A stretch of 57,111 nucleotides of DNA from a virus (Duplodnaviria; Caudoviricetes), in IMG/VR virus record IMGVR_UViG_3300037847_002035, positions 1-57,111 of that record; one strand, 5' to 3'. The first letter of the stretch is position 1, and every line of letters begins with the position of its first letter. The translations under genes and the position numbers were made by a program. This document shows, piece by piece, positions 1 to 10,170 of this stretch. Below the pieces are notes generated by a model. The model had not been told where the DNA came from. It searched no databases and saw only the letters and a program-made list of their open reading frames with translations.

Positions 1-2
1 CA

Positions 3-806
3 ATGTTAATATTTGCTGATGACTTTGATCAACTCAATGTCTTTTCCAGATATATCGCAGGTCTACTAAAAGCATCTAACTTCTACTCATCATCTACTGA
101 TGATCAGATAAAAGCGATTGCGGCAGACTTCGTTGCAAAAGTTGTAGAAGCAGACTGGATGTTTAACTATATGAACATTCATGAAGACTTACTAGATGTG
201 GATGCATACTGTCAGAATATGATTACCACTCATGGAATGTTTTCTAATACATATCAGAACGGTGCTAACTTTAGTTACGATCTATTGTTCTATCTCAATG
301 ATCATCAAAGAAACTCTAGTGTCCAAGGTCTAATCAAAGAGAAATTCACTATCCACTCAAACACCATGGCAAAAGATGTGATGGAGCACTTTACATCACG
401 TAGACATTACATGGCATATTTTCTGGCAGTGATTGATTGGATGAATGCAAATGGATTTCCAGTAGACAAAGATGCGTGGGTGAAAGAAACATATCTAAAC
501 TTAGCAAACAAAGGGCAATACACTCAAGCATTCTATAAGATGGAAGAACAATGGAACCGTGTAAAAGATGACTCAGACTTTATTGCCGCACACCAATCTA
601 AAGCAGATAGCGCGGCAGATGGTTGGGAGTATATGGATCTTTACACAGAGTTTAAGAATGCATTCCCTATTGTGAGAAAAGTTATTCAACAAGATTACGA
701 TATGGATAATCTAACGGAAGATATTAAACTGATAAATACTGACGTTCAGTTCTTCTCAAAGAGACAAAACAGGATACCTTATTTGATTCACAAATACCCA
801 TTGTAG
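3..806 (+). CDS. hypothetical protein of the rSAM cluster (possibly 5'-truncated at the window edge)
   Basis: 267-aa ORF at the head of the + strand operon; no motif recognised. Confidence 0.75.
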   Translation: MLIFADDFDQLNVFSRYIAGLLKASNFYSSSTDDQIKAIAADFVAKVVEADWMFNYMNIHEDLLDVDAYCQNMITTHGMFSNTYQNGANFSYDLLFYLNDHQRNSSVQGLIKEKFTIHSNTMAKDVMEHFTSRRHYMAYFLAVIDWMNANGFPVDKDAWVKETYLNLANKGQYTQAFYKMEEQWNRVKDDSDFIAAHQSKADSAADGWEYMDLYTEFKNAFPIVRKVIQQDYDMDNLTEDIKLINTDVQFFSKRQNRIPYLIHKYPL

Positions 807-814
807 GATATATT

Positions 815-1552
815 ATGGAAACTATATGTTATGCTTTGCCACTTGCTCCGCAAGATTTAGTTGGCATTTATAAAGAAAAAGATGAAAGTGAAAAAGAGTA
901 TGTTCTCTATGTTGATTACGACAAGACAACTGAGAAGTTAACAGATCAGCATATTCTAATATATCTGGCAAACACGAACTTCAAAACTTCTTTCGATAAA
1001 ATAACTCCTAGTTTAGTACAAGAATTTATCAAGACTAATTTTCTTGTGCATTGTCCTATGCTCAGTAGAATTGTTGCTATGATATTGAAAGTTTATTTGA
1101 AATGGGATTTGACAGATGGTGAGAAACTATTAACTCAAAATCTATTCACCATGGAACAGATCGATGAGTTTATCAAACTCAATACAAATTTAATTGAGGA
1201 TCTGATTGAAGTTATCCAAGGGTTGTTTCCGTACACGTTATGGAAATTACATTCTCATATGGACGATCCGTCTATAGAACCTAATCTAGTAAAGTGCGTA
1301 GAAGAAATAGAGATTGTTGATCATCCTCTCAATATAGGTCCAAATATCGCCAGGTTGGTTACAGATTGTGTTGATGTTTTGTATTTGGTATTCCATATAC
1401 GAGGAGTTTCTCAAAAATTCAATAAACAAATTTATAATGATAATCCTAAATATCATGGAAGTGATTTGTTTTATCTTATGAACCAAACCAAGATTGTAAA
1501 CTGTATTATTGAAATGCTACCAGAGGATTTCTGGCATGATAAGACTGAATGA
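815..1552 (+). CDS. hypothetical protein of the rSAM cluster
   Basis: 245-aa ORF with AGGA RBS; overlaps the next gene. Confidence 0.8.
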   Translation: METICYALPLAPQDLVGIYKEKDESEKEYVLYVDYDKTTEKLTDQHILIYLANTNFKTSFDKITPSLVQEFIKTNFLVHCPMLSRIVAMILKVYLKWDLTDGEKLLTQNLFTMEQIDEFIKLNTNLIEDLIEVIQGLFPYTLWKLHSHMDDPSIEPNLVKCVEEIEIVDHPLNIGPNIARLVTDCVDVLYLVFHIRGVSQKFNKQIYNDNPKYHGSDLFYLMNQTKIVNCIIEMLPEDFWHDKTE

Positions 1553-2555
1553 TACCTATGCAGGGTACTACACATATGATAAAGACCACAGTCCGTCTAA
1601 CGTTGATTTTCTAAGGACGGAGATAAATCTTGACATCCTACATGGATGTGATCAGATGTGTCCTGGTTGTTTTATTCCCAGAAAGAACTTAACTAACGCA
1701 GATCATCTAAAAGATCTGTACGAACTATTAGTCAATGGCAGTTATCACCCAGACGAAATAGTTATAGGTCCTACCGACATATTCGATGCCCAAAACTTTG
1801 AGGAGATAATGAACCATGAGTATATGTTTAAACTTTATGAGATTTCTGCAATTGGATTCACGTCTACACTTCTACAACCATATTGGGTAATCAAATCAAA
1901 ACTAGAGAAGATATGGAGTTTGTATGCTCACATAAAAAGAGTACCCGACATAGACTTCAAGATTGTTTTAGATATAGACAAATACCTTGACGGTGAACTA
2001 GATGACTGGTACAAGAAGTTAAAACTATTCGTGAATGGTTCTGTACAGTTCAGGGTAAATTATTATAAAGGTGTCTTTGACAGAATTAGTTATAATGAAT
2101 TGTGTCAGAAAGCATATGATGACTTCCATGCACCAGTCGTAATCACCCCATCATTCTTGACAGACAGAAATGCTAGAGGTAAGGTAGAGCAACATCTAGC
2201 AAACTTTCGTAAAGATATGCTAGATCAAAAGATAGATGATAAGTGGAAAGAATACTACACATTCTTTGATGCTAAGTTCAACGGTTATGGTTGCCAGAAC
2301 TATAGTTTCTATAACGGCAAACTATATGTAAATCCATTCTTGTATGATGCAATTATTCAGAGGACTCCATTCTTTGAAACGACAATGGATGAGAACAAGT
2401 TATATGATAATATAGAATATGCACAACAGGTAGATGATTGTAATGGTTGTGAATACATGATGAGTTGTGCTGAGAGAAATGTTCACATGTATATGGAGTC
2501 AAGAGACTTGAATAGTTGCGTAGCAATTAAAGAGTACATGTATGCCACTCATTAA
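1536..2555 (+). CDS. radical SAM protein, divergent 'IGPTD' paralog 1
   Basis: CDQMCPGC (CxxxCxxC), IGPTD, C-terminal CNGC-x5-C...C; start moved to ATG 1536 after GAGGA. Confidence 0.85.
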   Translation: MIRLNDTYAGYYTYDKDHSPSNVDFLRTEINLDILHGCDQMCPGCFIPRKNLTNADHLKDLYELLVNGSYHPDEIVIGPTDIFDAQNFEEIMNHEYMFKLYEISAIGFTSTLLQPYWVIKSKLEKIWSLYAHIKRVPDIDFKIVLDIDKYLDGELDDWYKKLKLFVNGSVQFRVNYYKGVFDRISYNELCQKAYDDFHAPVVITPSFLTDRNARGKVEQHLANFRKDMLDQKIDDKWKEYYTFFDAKFNGYGCQNYSFYNGKLYVNPFLYDAIIQRTPFFETTMDENKLYDNIEYAQQVDDCNGCEYMMSCAERNVHMYMESRDLNSCVAIKEYMYATH

Positions 2556-3699
2556 GAACAACCTATATTACGAACTTACTACAGAGACACAGACTAAACC
2601 AGTATCTGCAGTGAAGATCCAGATGGACGTGTTGGATGGTTGCCACCACAAGTGTCCTGGTTGTTTTGTTCACCGTAGAGGCAACGCAAGCAATATAGAT
2701 CAATTAGCACAAGCAAAGGAGTTTGTCAAGAATATAACTGACAGAGGAATATTAGTTGACGAGGTCCTAATCGGACCTACAGACTTCCTTGCATCTGAAA
2801 ACTTCTATGAAGTAATGCCAGAACTAGAGGACATGATCAATGATAATTCACCCATACTTGCTTTTGTTAGCACTCTTATTGACGGTGACATTGTGCAGTT
2901 TTGTGATTGGATAACTGAGAGAATAAACCTAGACACAGAGATAGAGATAGGTATTGCAATAAACCCCCACAAGTTTTCTGAACAAACCTATTTACAAAAC
3001 ATCAAAGATAAGTTATGGTACATAGACAGAAACCTAATGCATGAGGTGACCTACACATTTGTTGTGAATATAAGAGACTATGGATTGGACTACACAGTTC
3101 TTCATGATAAGGCAGTGAAAGAGTTCAGCACTATCCTAGATTTTATTCCTTCTGTATCTCGGTCACACAAACCAAATATAATACTCAGCACACTATCGAA
3201 GTTCAACGAATACTTCAACGAGATTAGTAAGGACACCAAGTTAAATAATATTATGGTTGACCACTCACATGCAGGAATGAACTATACTGTTCTCAACTAC
3301 AAGAGAGGCGATTGGTATCTCAGTCCGTTTATGTATGAGAACATGGCAATCTATGATGATAGTCTCAAGGTAGAATCTTTTGACGATGTAGTCCCAATAA
3401 CTGAATCACAAATAAATAGAGCAAAGGGTACAGAGTGTGAAGACTGTCCATTGTTCTTTAGTTGCTACAACCGTAAGATAATTCTATTACGAGATTATCT
3501 GGGAGTCAAGCATTGCATTGCACCGAAAGAGAATATGCTAAACAACATACACAATTACAATGCACCTGCACAGACAATGTATCAATGGGATGGTTACAGC
3601 GTAGAGAATGATAAACGAGGATATCGAAAGAAGTTTTTGGTGACAGAAGATAACGATCCAGAACTAGAAAGAATAAAGAATATATCTTATGTTAAATGA
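2542..3699 (+). CDS. radical SAM protein, 'IGPTD' paralog 2
   Basis: CHHKCPGC, IGPTD, C-terminal CEDC-x5-C...C. Confidence 0.85.
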   Translation: MPLIKNNLYYELTTETQTKPVSAVKIQMDVLDGCHHKCPGCFVHRRGNASNIDQLAQAKEFVKNITDRGILVDEVLIGPTDFLASENFYEVMPELEDMINDNSPILAFVSTLIDGDIVQFCDWITERINLDTEIEIGIAINPHKFSEQTYLQNIKDKLWYIDRNLMHEVTYTFVVNIRDYGLDYTVLHDKAVKEFSTILDFIPSVSRSHKPNIILSTLSKFNEYFNEISKDTKLNNIMVDHSHAGMNYTVLNYKRGDWYLSPFMYENMAIYDDSLKVESFDDVVPITESQINRAKGTECEDCPLFFSCYNRKIILLRDYLGVKHCIAPKENMLNNIHNYNAPAQTMYQWDGYSVENDKRGYRKKFLVTEDNDPELERIKNISYVK

Positions 3700-4834
3700 C
3701 GAATGGAAAAAGATTGTAGTTGATGGGAATAGACTTGAAGAGTTTACTGCTATCTCTGCCATGTCCCAGTATAAGATACAACCTCAGTTAGAGATACTTG
3801 AGGGTTGTTCCTATATGTGTCCTGGTTGCTTTGTCAAACGTAAGGGCAACTGGAGTCCGTACTCTATTCATCTTTTCTGGGAACTCGCAAAGGAACTTAT
3901 GGGTAGAGAGGACATTGTATTGGATGACCTTGTCATCGGTCCTACCGACTTCTACGGTGCAGAAAACCTAGAGACGATTATAGAAGAAGTCAAACTGGCA
4001 GAAGGTATCATGATGATGCCTGAAGATAATCGCAATGTTCAACACAATTGTTCTATCCTTGGTTCGTTGTCTGAAAAAGATATAGAGGGAAAGATCCGTA
4101 AAATAGAAAAGTCACTGGTGGGGAGCGTGGTTAAGTCTTGGGACGTACAGGTGGCATTAGATGTTAAAAGACTTCTTTACGATAAAGAGTATAGGGGAGC
4201 ACTCGATAATCGTATCGAAACATTTAAGGAGTCAAGTCTTAACTATGAGATATCCATGGCAACAAATATAGTTGACGGTATCGAAGATATGATCTATGAT
4301 GCGATTGATTTAGTCAGAGAAGAATACCAGACAGTGATAGAGATCTTACCATCCGTAGTGAGATCATTTGACCACAGTCCAAAGCATGGAGAGAAACTAT
4401 TCGAGTGGAACGACATGCTCACGAAGTTATCTACTGACGAAAAAAGATTTAAAACAAAATTTCATTTCCTACAAGGTGACGTTTCCCATAAAGCATTCCA
4501 CTACTCCGTGATAAACATACACAATGGAAGAATGTTCATGGCACCTTTTATATACGAGAATGCACAGATATACAATGATGCTTTTCTTATTGACATTACC
4601 CAAGGTGGTGATATAGTGGATCGTATATTAGAACATAAGCACTGGATTGTCAACCACCAAATTCAAAACTCTCAGTTGACAGAGTGCCATACCTGTAAGT
4701 ATTTAAATATATGTTCTCACCGACTTGTCCCCAGAGTAATGGAAACAGTATTCGAGAACAGGAAAGAATGTATTCTAAATAAAGACGTGATACAACTATT
4801 TGACGATGAGGTTTATTATGGGAATAGTTACTGA
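3689..4834 (+). CDS. radical SAM protein, 'IGPTD' paralog 3
   Basis: CSYMCPGC, IGPTD, C-terminal CHTC-x5-C...C. Confidence 0.85.
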   Translation: MLNDEWKKIVVDGNRLEEFTAISAMSQYKIQPQLEILEGCSYMCPGCFVKRKGNWSPYSIHLFWELAKELMGREDIVLDDLVIGPTDFYGAENLETIIEEVKLAEGIMMMPEDNRNVQHNCSILGSLSEKDIEGKIRKIEKSLVGSVVKSWDVQVALDVKRLLYDKEYRGALDNRIETFKESSLNYEISMATNIVDGIEDMIYDAIDLVREEYQTVIEILPSVVRSFDHSPKHGEKLFEWNDMLTKLSTDEKRFKTKFHFLQGDVSHKAFHYSVINIHNGRMFMAPFIYENAQIYNDAFLIDITQGGDIVDRILEHKHWIVNHQIQNSQLTECHTCKYLNICSHRLVPRVMETVFENRKECILNKDVIQLFDDEVYYGNSY

Positions 4835-5843
4835 TAACAAATCCCACGCACAAGCAGACAAAGACTTTGATCTTAGTTTTAGTGAAGGACACGAGATCAA
4901 GGTGCAGTTCAACTGTGAGATCTTGTCTGGTTGCGAGTTCAAGTGTAAAGGTTGTTTCGTAAATAAACTAGGATCTAACGTAGGGGATTTTCAAAGACTC
5001 AATGATGCTATCGACTTATTCAATGAAAACGGTTACCGAGTTTCTACAATCAATATCGGACCTACTGATATATTCGGTAACAATAATGTTCTAGAATTGT
5101 TACAAGATGAAATATTTCGTGAATGTTTATCTAAGGTAACTACAATACAATTCGTAACAACTCTATCAGAACAAATAGATCTTAGGGTTATAGATCTACT
5201 AAACAGTATACCCAAGAAGGAAGGTTTTATGTACGACTGTAATGTGGTCGTAGAACATCCTGTTGTCTGGGGAAGTCTTCAGTCAAGACTCAACATGCTC
5301 AACCTATTCGAAGATGACCTAAACTATTATTTCGTTTACAATATGGGTAATGATGACGAAGACAATGAAAAGGTTCTAGATCTATCGAAGGTGACAGACA
5401 GATACTTTGATACGATACTACAACTCAACCCATCATTCTTTCGCGCACCCAAGAGTAAAGTGCAAAAGCATATGATTGAGAAATGGAAGAGTTATGATTT
5501 CAGTCACGACATGTACCCCAAGACAATTGCTGATCAGGCACAGGGTGGATCTTTAGAACTAAACTTTACTTACTGCAACGAGAGATTTTTCTGGACACCA
5601 TTTGTCTACGACATTGTCATGATAGGAACTGATGAGTTCGAAGTCAAGGAAGAGTGGAATATTAATTCTTGGACGAAGGTGAAAGAAGATCAATTTTTAA
5701 ATCAATTAGAATATACTGCAGAAACAGAACAATGTGCAATGTGTCCCAAACAGATGACGTGTATTGACAAAGGGGTCATCAGTTACATGAAGCATCACGC
5801 ACTTACCAGTTGTGTCTTCCCAGACTTTATTCGATCCATGTAA
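4818..5843 (+). CDS. radical SAM protein, 'IGPTD' paralog 4
   Basis: CEFKCKGC, IGPTD, C-terminal CAMC-x5-C...C; start ATG 4818 after GAGG. Confidence 0.85.
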   Translation: MGIVTDNKSHAQADKDFDLSFSEGHEIKVQFNCEILSGCEFKCKGCFVNKLGSNVGDFQRLNDAIDLFNENGYRVSTINIGPTDIFGNNNVLELLQDEIFRECLSKVTTIQFVTTLSEQIDLRVIDLLNSIPKKEGFMYDCNVVVEHPVVWGSLQSRLNMLNLFEDDLNYYFVYNMGNDDEDNEKVLDLSKVTDRYFDTILQLNPSFFRAPKSKVQKHMIEKWKSYDFSHDMYPKTIADQAQGGSLELNFTYCNERFFWTPFVYDIVMIGTDEFEVKEEWNINSWTKVKEDQFLNQLEYTAETEQCAMCPKQMTCIDKGVISYMKHHALTSCVFPDFIRSM

Positions 5844-6892
5844 TTAAACCACATTCGCATTACGCAGTCAGGTAGATCTCTTTCTCGGTTCTTCCAGTCC
5901 CATTGGGTGTAGCATCTAAACCCACACTTATCCCACCACTTACAAGAAAGACAACCGTGTTCATCCATGTATGCTTGCATCATACTGGCATTGTCTTGTC
6001 GGTTCAGTGGTGTGTTGAAATCTGATTTAGTGTAGCGATCCCACCTGCAGTTTGATATACTATTGTTCGGAAAGATAGTAACCTTGTTCAATGCCATGCA
6101 ATGCATGTGGTTATTCTCATTCTTTATAAGATCACTAATAGGGTTAATGTCGGGATAATTATGAAATATGAAGGTGAGGAAATCAAGGTAGAGACTATCA
6201 GATGGGATAAGATGGTCGAAACCTTTATCAGGAATATAATCGTCAAAGTAAAAATTATCAAACTTACTATAGAGATAGTGAAAATACTCATCGTCATCTT
6301 TCATAAACCTTTCTATAGACGGAACCGTTGCAACCATATTGATTGACGTAATGTAGTCGGCAAAGTATTCTATGTTCTTGCCGTAAGGTCCTCGTACTGG
6401 TCTACCATCAAAGTCATAGGAACAAATAATATAGGATGGTATATCTGCTTCATTCAAATCATCTAGGAGTTTTTGTACTTTGTCTCTCTTACTAAATTGA
6501 AACGATGTTACCCAAACAACTTTTATTTCTTGTTCGTATTTATCGTACAATTTCTTTATCTCTATCAGCATATCATAATAGACATCGTATGCCCAATCAG
6601 AGATCCTGTCTTGGAATAGTTCACCCCCAACCATATTGATCTGGCACGTCTTAACCATCCCCTGCATTTTCTTCAGGTGATCCTCAACAAGAGGTATCTT
6701 AGAGAACATTCCCTCACGAGAAAGACCAACTGTCGATTTCTTGTCGTGGTGACAGAAAGCACAGTTCAGGTGACAGTTCTCGAATAGCGTGAGTTCTATC
6801 TCACCTATGTTCGGTCTCTTCTTCTCTAGTAAGACTTTTGTAAAGTCAAAGTTTGTCAAACAGCATTTCCTCGTGGTAATACTCTCGGACAT
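5795..6892 (-). CDS. radical SAM/SPASM protein
   Basis: CHLNCAFC, GGEL, C-terminal CLSC-x5-CGFRC...C; real start may be TTG at 6859. Confidence 0.9.
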   Translation of the reverse strand: MSESITTRKCCLTNFDFTKVLLEKKRPNIGEIELTLFENCHLNCAFCHHDKKSTVGLSREGMFSKIPLVEDHLKKMQGMVKTCQINMVGGELFQDRISDWAYDVYYDMLIEIKKLYDKYEQEIKVVWVTSFQFSKRDKVQKLLDDLNEADIPSYIICSYDFDGRPVRGPYGKNIEYFADYITSINMVATVPSIERFMKDDDEYFHYLYSKFDNFYFDDYIPDKGFDHLIPSDSLYLDFLTFIFHNYPDINPISDLIKNENNHMHCMALNKVTIFPNNSISNCRWDRYTKSDFNTPLNRQDNASMMQAYMDEHGCLSCKWWDKCGFRCYTQWDWKNRERDLPDCVMRMWFNYMDRIKSGKTQLVSA

Positions 6893-7244
6893 CTGGGCAC
6901 ATACCCTTGTCCTCGTTGAATTCTAATCTTTTCAAAATCGCATCATATGTTTCCTTGTCTTGACTGTATCTCCGAAAGTATGGATCTTTCGGGATCAGAT
7001 CAGCATCGTCTAGCACTGTATAAAAGTCTTCTTTGAAATCTTTCTCTATCCATTTGGCATAACAGATAGCAACGAAGTAAGACTTAGCAGGGTAGATCCA
7101 GTCGTGCACCTTTATATTGAAATGTAGTAGTGCGTCTTCCACAACTGTATCTGGTCTGAAGTTTATTGGCACTCCTTCTAAATCATCTTTATACACTGAC
7201 TCCATCAAGTGGTAGGCGTTGGATCTTGCTTTCCATTCTTGCAT
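6846..7244 (-). CDS. hypothetical protein inside the rSAM operon
   Basis: 132-aa ORF overlapping both neighbours; contains YPAKSYFVAICYA. Confidence 0.8.
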   Translation of the reverse strand: MQEWKARSNAYHLMESVYKDDLEGVPINFRPDTVVEDALLHFNIKVHDWIYPAKSYFVAICYAKWIEKDFKEDFYTVLDDADLIPKDPYFRRYSQDKETYDAILKRLEFNEDKGMCPDVREYYHEEMLFDKL

Positions 7245-8130
7245 AATCTAATAATCCTTTATATCCATTACAACTGTGTGTTAGGTCTTTTACATATCTA
7301 TAATGTTCGGTCAAACATTTACCAAAGTATTCACAACTCTTACATATTCCAGACACGTTGTCAGTCTTTTCTTTCTCTGTCCACTTTATATAATCATCGT
7401 ATGAGTCAAGTTCAAGAAAGTATTCGTGGTCATTCTTATCAAACTCTAATACACCAAACCTGCCATTGGGTGTGATGTAAACATGATCATCACTGAATGC
7501 ATTGTATTGACCAGATAGCGAGTCTTCTATTCTAGCGGCATTCTCAAAGTGGAACTTCTTGTCTGGGTGCTCCAACCATTTTATAACAAAGTCTTCGAAG
7601 TCCTTATGCGTTACATTATGTTGGTTTGCTTGATTGGTCGAGTATGGTTTTATCTCTACACTCACAACATTAGAAACCATGTTCAAAGTAAATATCATAA
7701 AGTCCACGTCCATCTGCAATACCTTTTCGGATGCCAGTATCAGAACAGCAAGTTCTTTATTTGCATCCATCATATTACTGAGGACATGTTGTTGCTTCTC
7801 TCTTGCATCAAAGTCATACGATACCGATAATGTTATATCATCATCCCTAAAGAAGTCAGGGAAAGCAGAGAGGTTCGTGTTTATATTTATTTCTCCATCG
7901 TAGTATTTACGAATAACATCTTTCATCGAATAGAAATAATCTGGTCGAAGCAAACCAACTTCACCCCCATAGAGATCTATATGGTTTATCTCTGGGACTT
8001 CTGACAGTCTCTGATCTAATACTGAAAGTGTAATCTGTTGTCTATCACCTAATTGTTCTGGTGTCAAGTAGCAAAAGTCACAACGGAAGTTACAGTAGTA
8101 GGTAGGGTTAATGGACAGATTCATCGACAT
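7189..8130 (-). CDS. radical SAM protein with C-terminal Cys cluster
   Basis: CNFRCDFC, YGGE, CKSC-x5-C...C. Confidence 0.9.
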   Translation of the reverse strand: MSMNLSINPTYYCNFRCDFCYLTPEQLGDRQQITLSVLDQRLSEVPEINHIDLYGGEVGLLRPDYFYSMKDVIRKYYDGEININTNLSAFPDFFRDDDITLSVSYDFDAREKQQHVLSNMMDANKELAVLILASEKVLQMDVDFMIFTLNMVSNVVSVEIKPYSTNQANQHNVTHKDFEDFVIKWLEHPDKKFHFENAARIEDSLSGQYNAFSDDHVYITPNGRFGVLEFDKNDHEYFLELDSYDDYIKWTEKEKTDNVSGICKSCEYFGKCLTEHYRYVKDLTHSCNGYKGLLDYARMESKIQRLPLDGVSV

Positions 8131-9145
8131 AGGGAGTCACACCGTCTGGGTTCATTTTGTTTATCTCTAATATTCTGGGAGCAAGTGTTTTCATTTGTCT
8201 GCAGTGTTCTTCTACAGTTCCCTCTCGCTTCATGTCTCTGACAGTTTTCTTACAACCATTACAGATCTCAAACATAGGGCAAGTATAACATGACATCTTC
8301 ATAGTCTGGATGAGAGGATCATCTTGTAATGGTGTTTGCATCTCACCGTTCATCTCTTCATCGAAGTTTATTTCGTAGTCGAGATCATCTGCAAGTGAAC
8401 CACAGGAATAGTAATCACCGCCAGGATTGAAAGCACGAATACCTTCATCACATTTTCTATTCTGGGGACAACTGGTTGCAGAACCACCAAGTCTCTTCAT
8501 CATTGCTTTGGTATTGTATTCCCAAGGGTGAAGACCTTGATCGTAGATATCAACGTATGTCTTATACATCTTGCTCAACCGATAGGTATTGCCTTGGACA
8601 CCAGATGCCATGGCATAATTCAATTTACATTCTACATCCATTTCCTTGGCAAGTTTTACATTGTCGATAGCACGATAATCATTCATATCTGTAATCACTG
8701 CAATAAAGTCTGGTCTTTCTCCGCAGTACTTCAACATTGCGTCCGATACATTCCAGAAGTCTTCCTCAGTAAATTCACTGAAGTCTCCTTTGAGTCTACC
8801 ACCCCCATACTGAAAAGATGTGCAGACACCCATACGCGGATGATTGAATAGATCAACCCACTTCTCTGGTTTTACATAGAAAGGCCAAAGGTTAGTTGTG
8901 AATGAAATGTATGCAGGGTAGTCGTGTTCATCTAGATGCTCTATCAGTTTCCAATAGTAACTAGGATCTACCATCAACGGATCTCCACCATTGATAATCA
9001 AAGATTTGGTTTCAGGGTATCTTTTCAGAAACCTGAAGATATAGTCCATGTCCAATAAACCTGCATTGTTCGGATCGATTGCAGTCGAAGAACAAAACGA
9101 GCATTTGAAATTACATGCCTCTGTTGGTTTTATTATCAGATCCAT
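8108..9145 (-). CDS. radical SAM/SPASM protein
   Basis: KPTEACNFKCSFC, NGGDP, CYTC-x5-CNGC. Confidence 0.92.
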   Translation of the reverse strand: MDLIIKPTEACNFKCSFCSSTAIDPNNAGLLDMDYIFRFLKRYPETKSLIINGGDPLMVDPSYYWKLIEHLDEHDYPAYISFTTNLWPFYVKPEKWVDLFNHPRMGVCTSFQYGGGRLKGDFSEFTEEDFWNVSDAMLKYCGERPDFIAVITDMNDYRAIDNVKLAKEMDVECKLNYAMASGVQGNTYRLSKMYKTYVDIYDQGLHPWEYNTKAMMKRLGGSATSCPQNRKCDEGIRAFNPGGDYYSCGSLADDLDYEINFDEEMNGEMQTPLQDDPLIQTMKMSCYTCPMFEICNGCKKTVRDMKREGTVEEHCRQMKTLAPRILEINKMNPDGVTPYVDESVH

Positions 9146-10170
9146 TGTTTCTCTTTCGCTAGTTTCATCATTAGAGTTTTAGGTGCAGGACATACATCAT
9201 CCATCCAAGTTAACTGATGACAGTCAGAGTGGCAGTATAAAAACACTGGGCACTTGTAGCATCTCTCATCTCTTTCATGCATCTCACAAGAGATGATCTC
9301 CATTCGTTTAGGTAGAGTTCTCACTTCTTTTGCATTCATATCTATATGACCGTAGAAATCTACAGGTGCAGAGTTAGGGCATCCTGCCACTGTCCCATCT
9401 GCATTTATTGTGTGTATCTTTTGTTCACAATCTCTACAAAAGGTTCCGTTGAAGAACTGGTTTCTATCGTCAAACTTAGCATAGACTGAATCCAAGAAAC
9501 CATTTGCTACTGGATGGTTTTTGGTAGTCTCGTGCATTAACATCCACCAAGCATCTAGTTCTCTATTGTGAGGAAAGATGTCTGGGTTCAATGTGGCATT
9601 ACCGTTGTGAGTCAAACGTTCATAAGATATTTCGCTGACACCAAGTTCTTCCATGTAGTCTGCAATCTCTAATGGATGTTTACTGACAACATCTTTGGTA
9701 ACTGAAATAAAACACTTGACATCTAGTCCTTGTTGTACTAATGTGTATACATTGTTTTCCCACAATCGAAGTTGCCTATCATTAGCAAACCTGATATTAG
9801 AATCCCAACTAGTAGCAACATATCCACCAGAGATACAATTGTTGAAGAAGTCTAGGTGTTCTGCTTTTAGTTTGTACGTCAGGTTAGTGGTGATGCCGTG
9901 TGTACAGCGATCACCCCAATTGTCTTTTGTAATATCATAGAACTCCAATAGATCTTTCATTGGAGCAAGCATAGGTTCTCCTCCATGATACTCAAGATGT
10001 ATGAGATTATCCCCAGTGTCTAATTGATTACACCAGTTTGCAGTTTTCACAGGATCGAAGTAAATCTTCCTTCCGTTAGTTCCTGATGTAAAACAATGGG
10101 AGCAATTTAGATTGCAGGTCTCAGTGGTCTTTATGTATGCGATTAAGTGTTTCTGTGTCGCCAATGCCAT
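9136..10170 (-). CDS. radical SAM/SPASM protein
   Basis: KTTETCNLNCSHC, HGGEP, INADGTVAGC, CYKC-x5-CHSDC. Confidence 0.92.
   Translation of the reverse strand: MALATQKHLIAYIKTTETCNLNCSHCFTSGTNGRKIYFDPVKTANWCNQLDTGDNLIHLEYHGGEPMLAPMKDLLEFYDITKDNWGDRCTHGITTNLTYKLKAEHLDFFNNCISGGYVATSWDSNIRFANDRQLRLWENNVYTLVQQGLDVKCFISVTKDVVSKHPLEIADYMEELGVSEISYERLTHNGNATLNPDIFPHNRELDAWWMLMHETTKNHPVANGFLDSVYAKFDDRNQFFNGTFCRDCEQKIHTINADGTVAGCPNSAPVDFYGHIDMNAKEVRTLPKRMEIISCEMHERDERCYKCPVFLYCHSDCHQLTWMDDVCPAPKTLMMKLAKEKQWI

Noticed and set aside
5795-10170. Assigning the rSAMs as QueE, NrdG or MoaA (7-deazaguanine or cofactor pathways)
   Set aside because: They carry SPASM-like Cys tails, and no queC, queD, folE, dpdA or nrdD partner is visible
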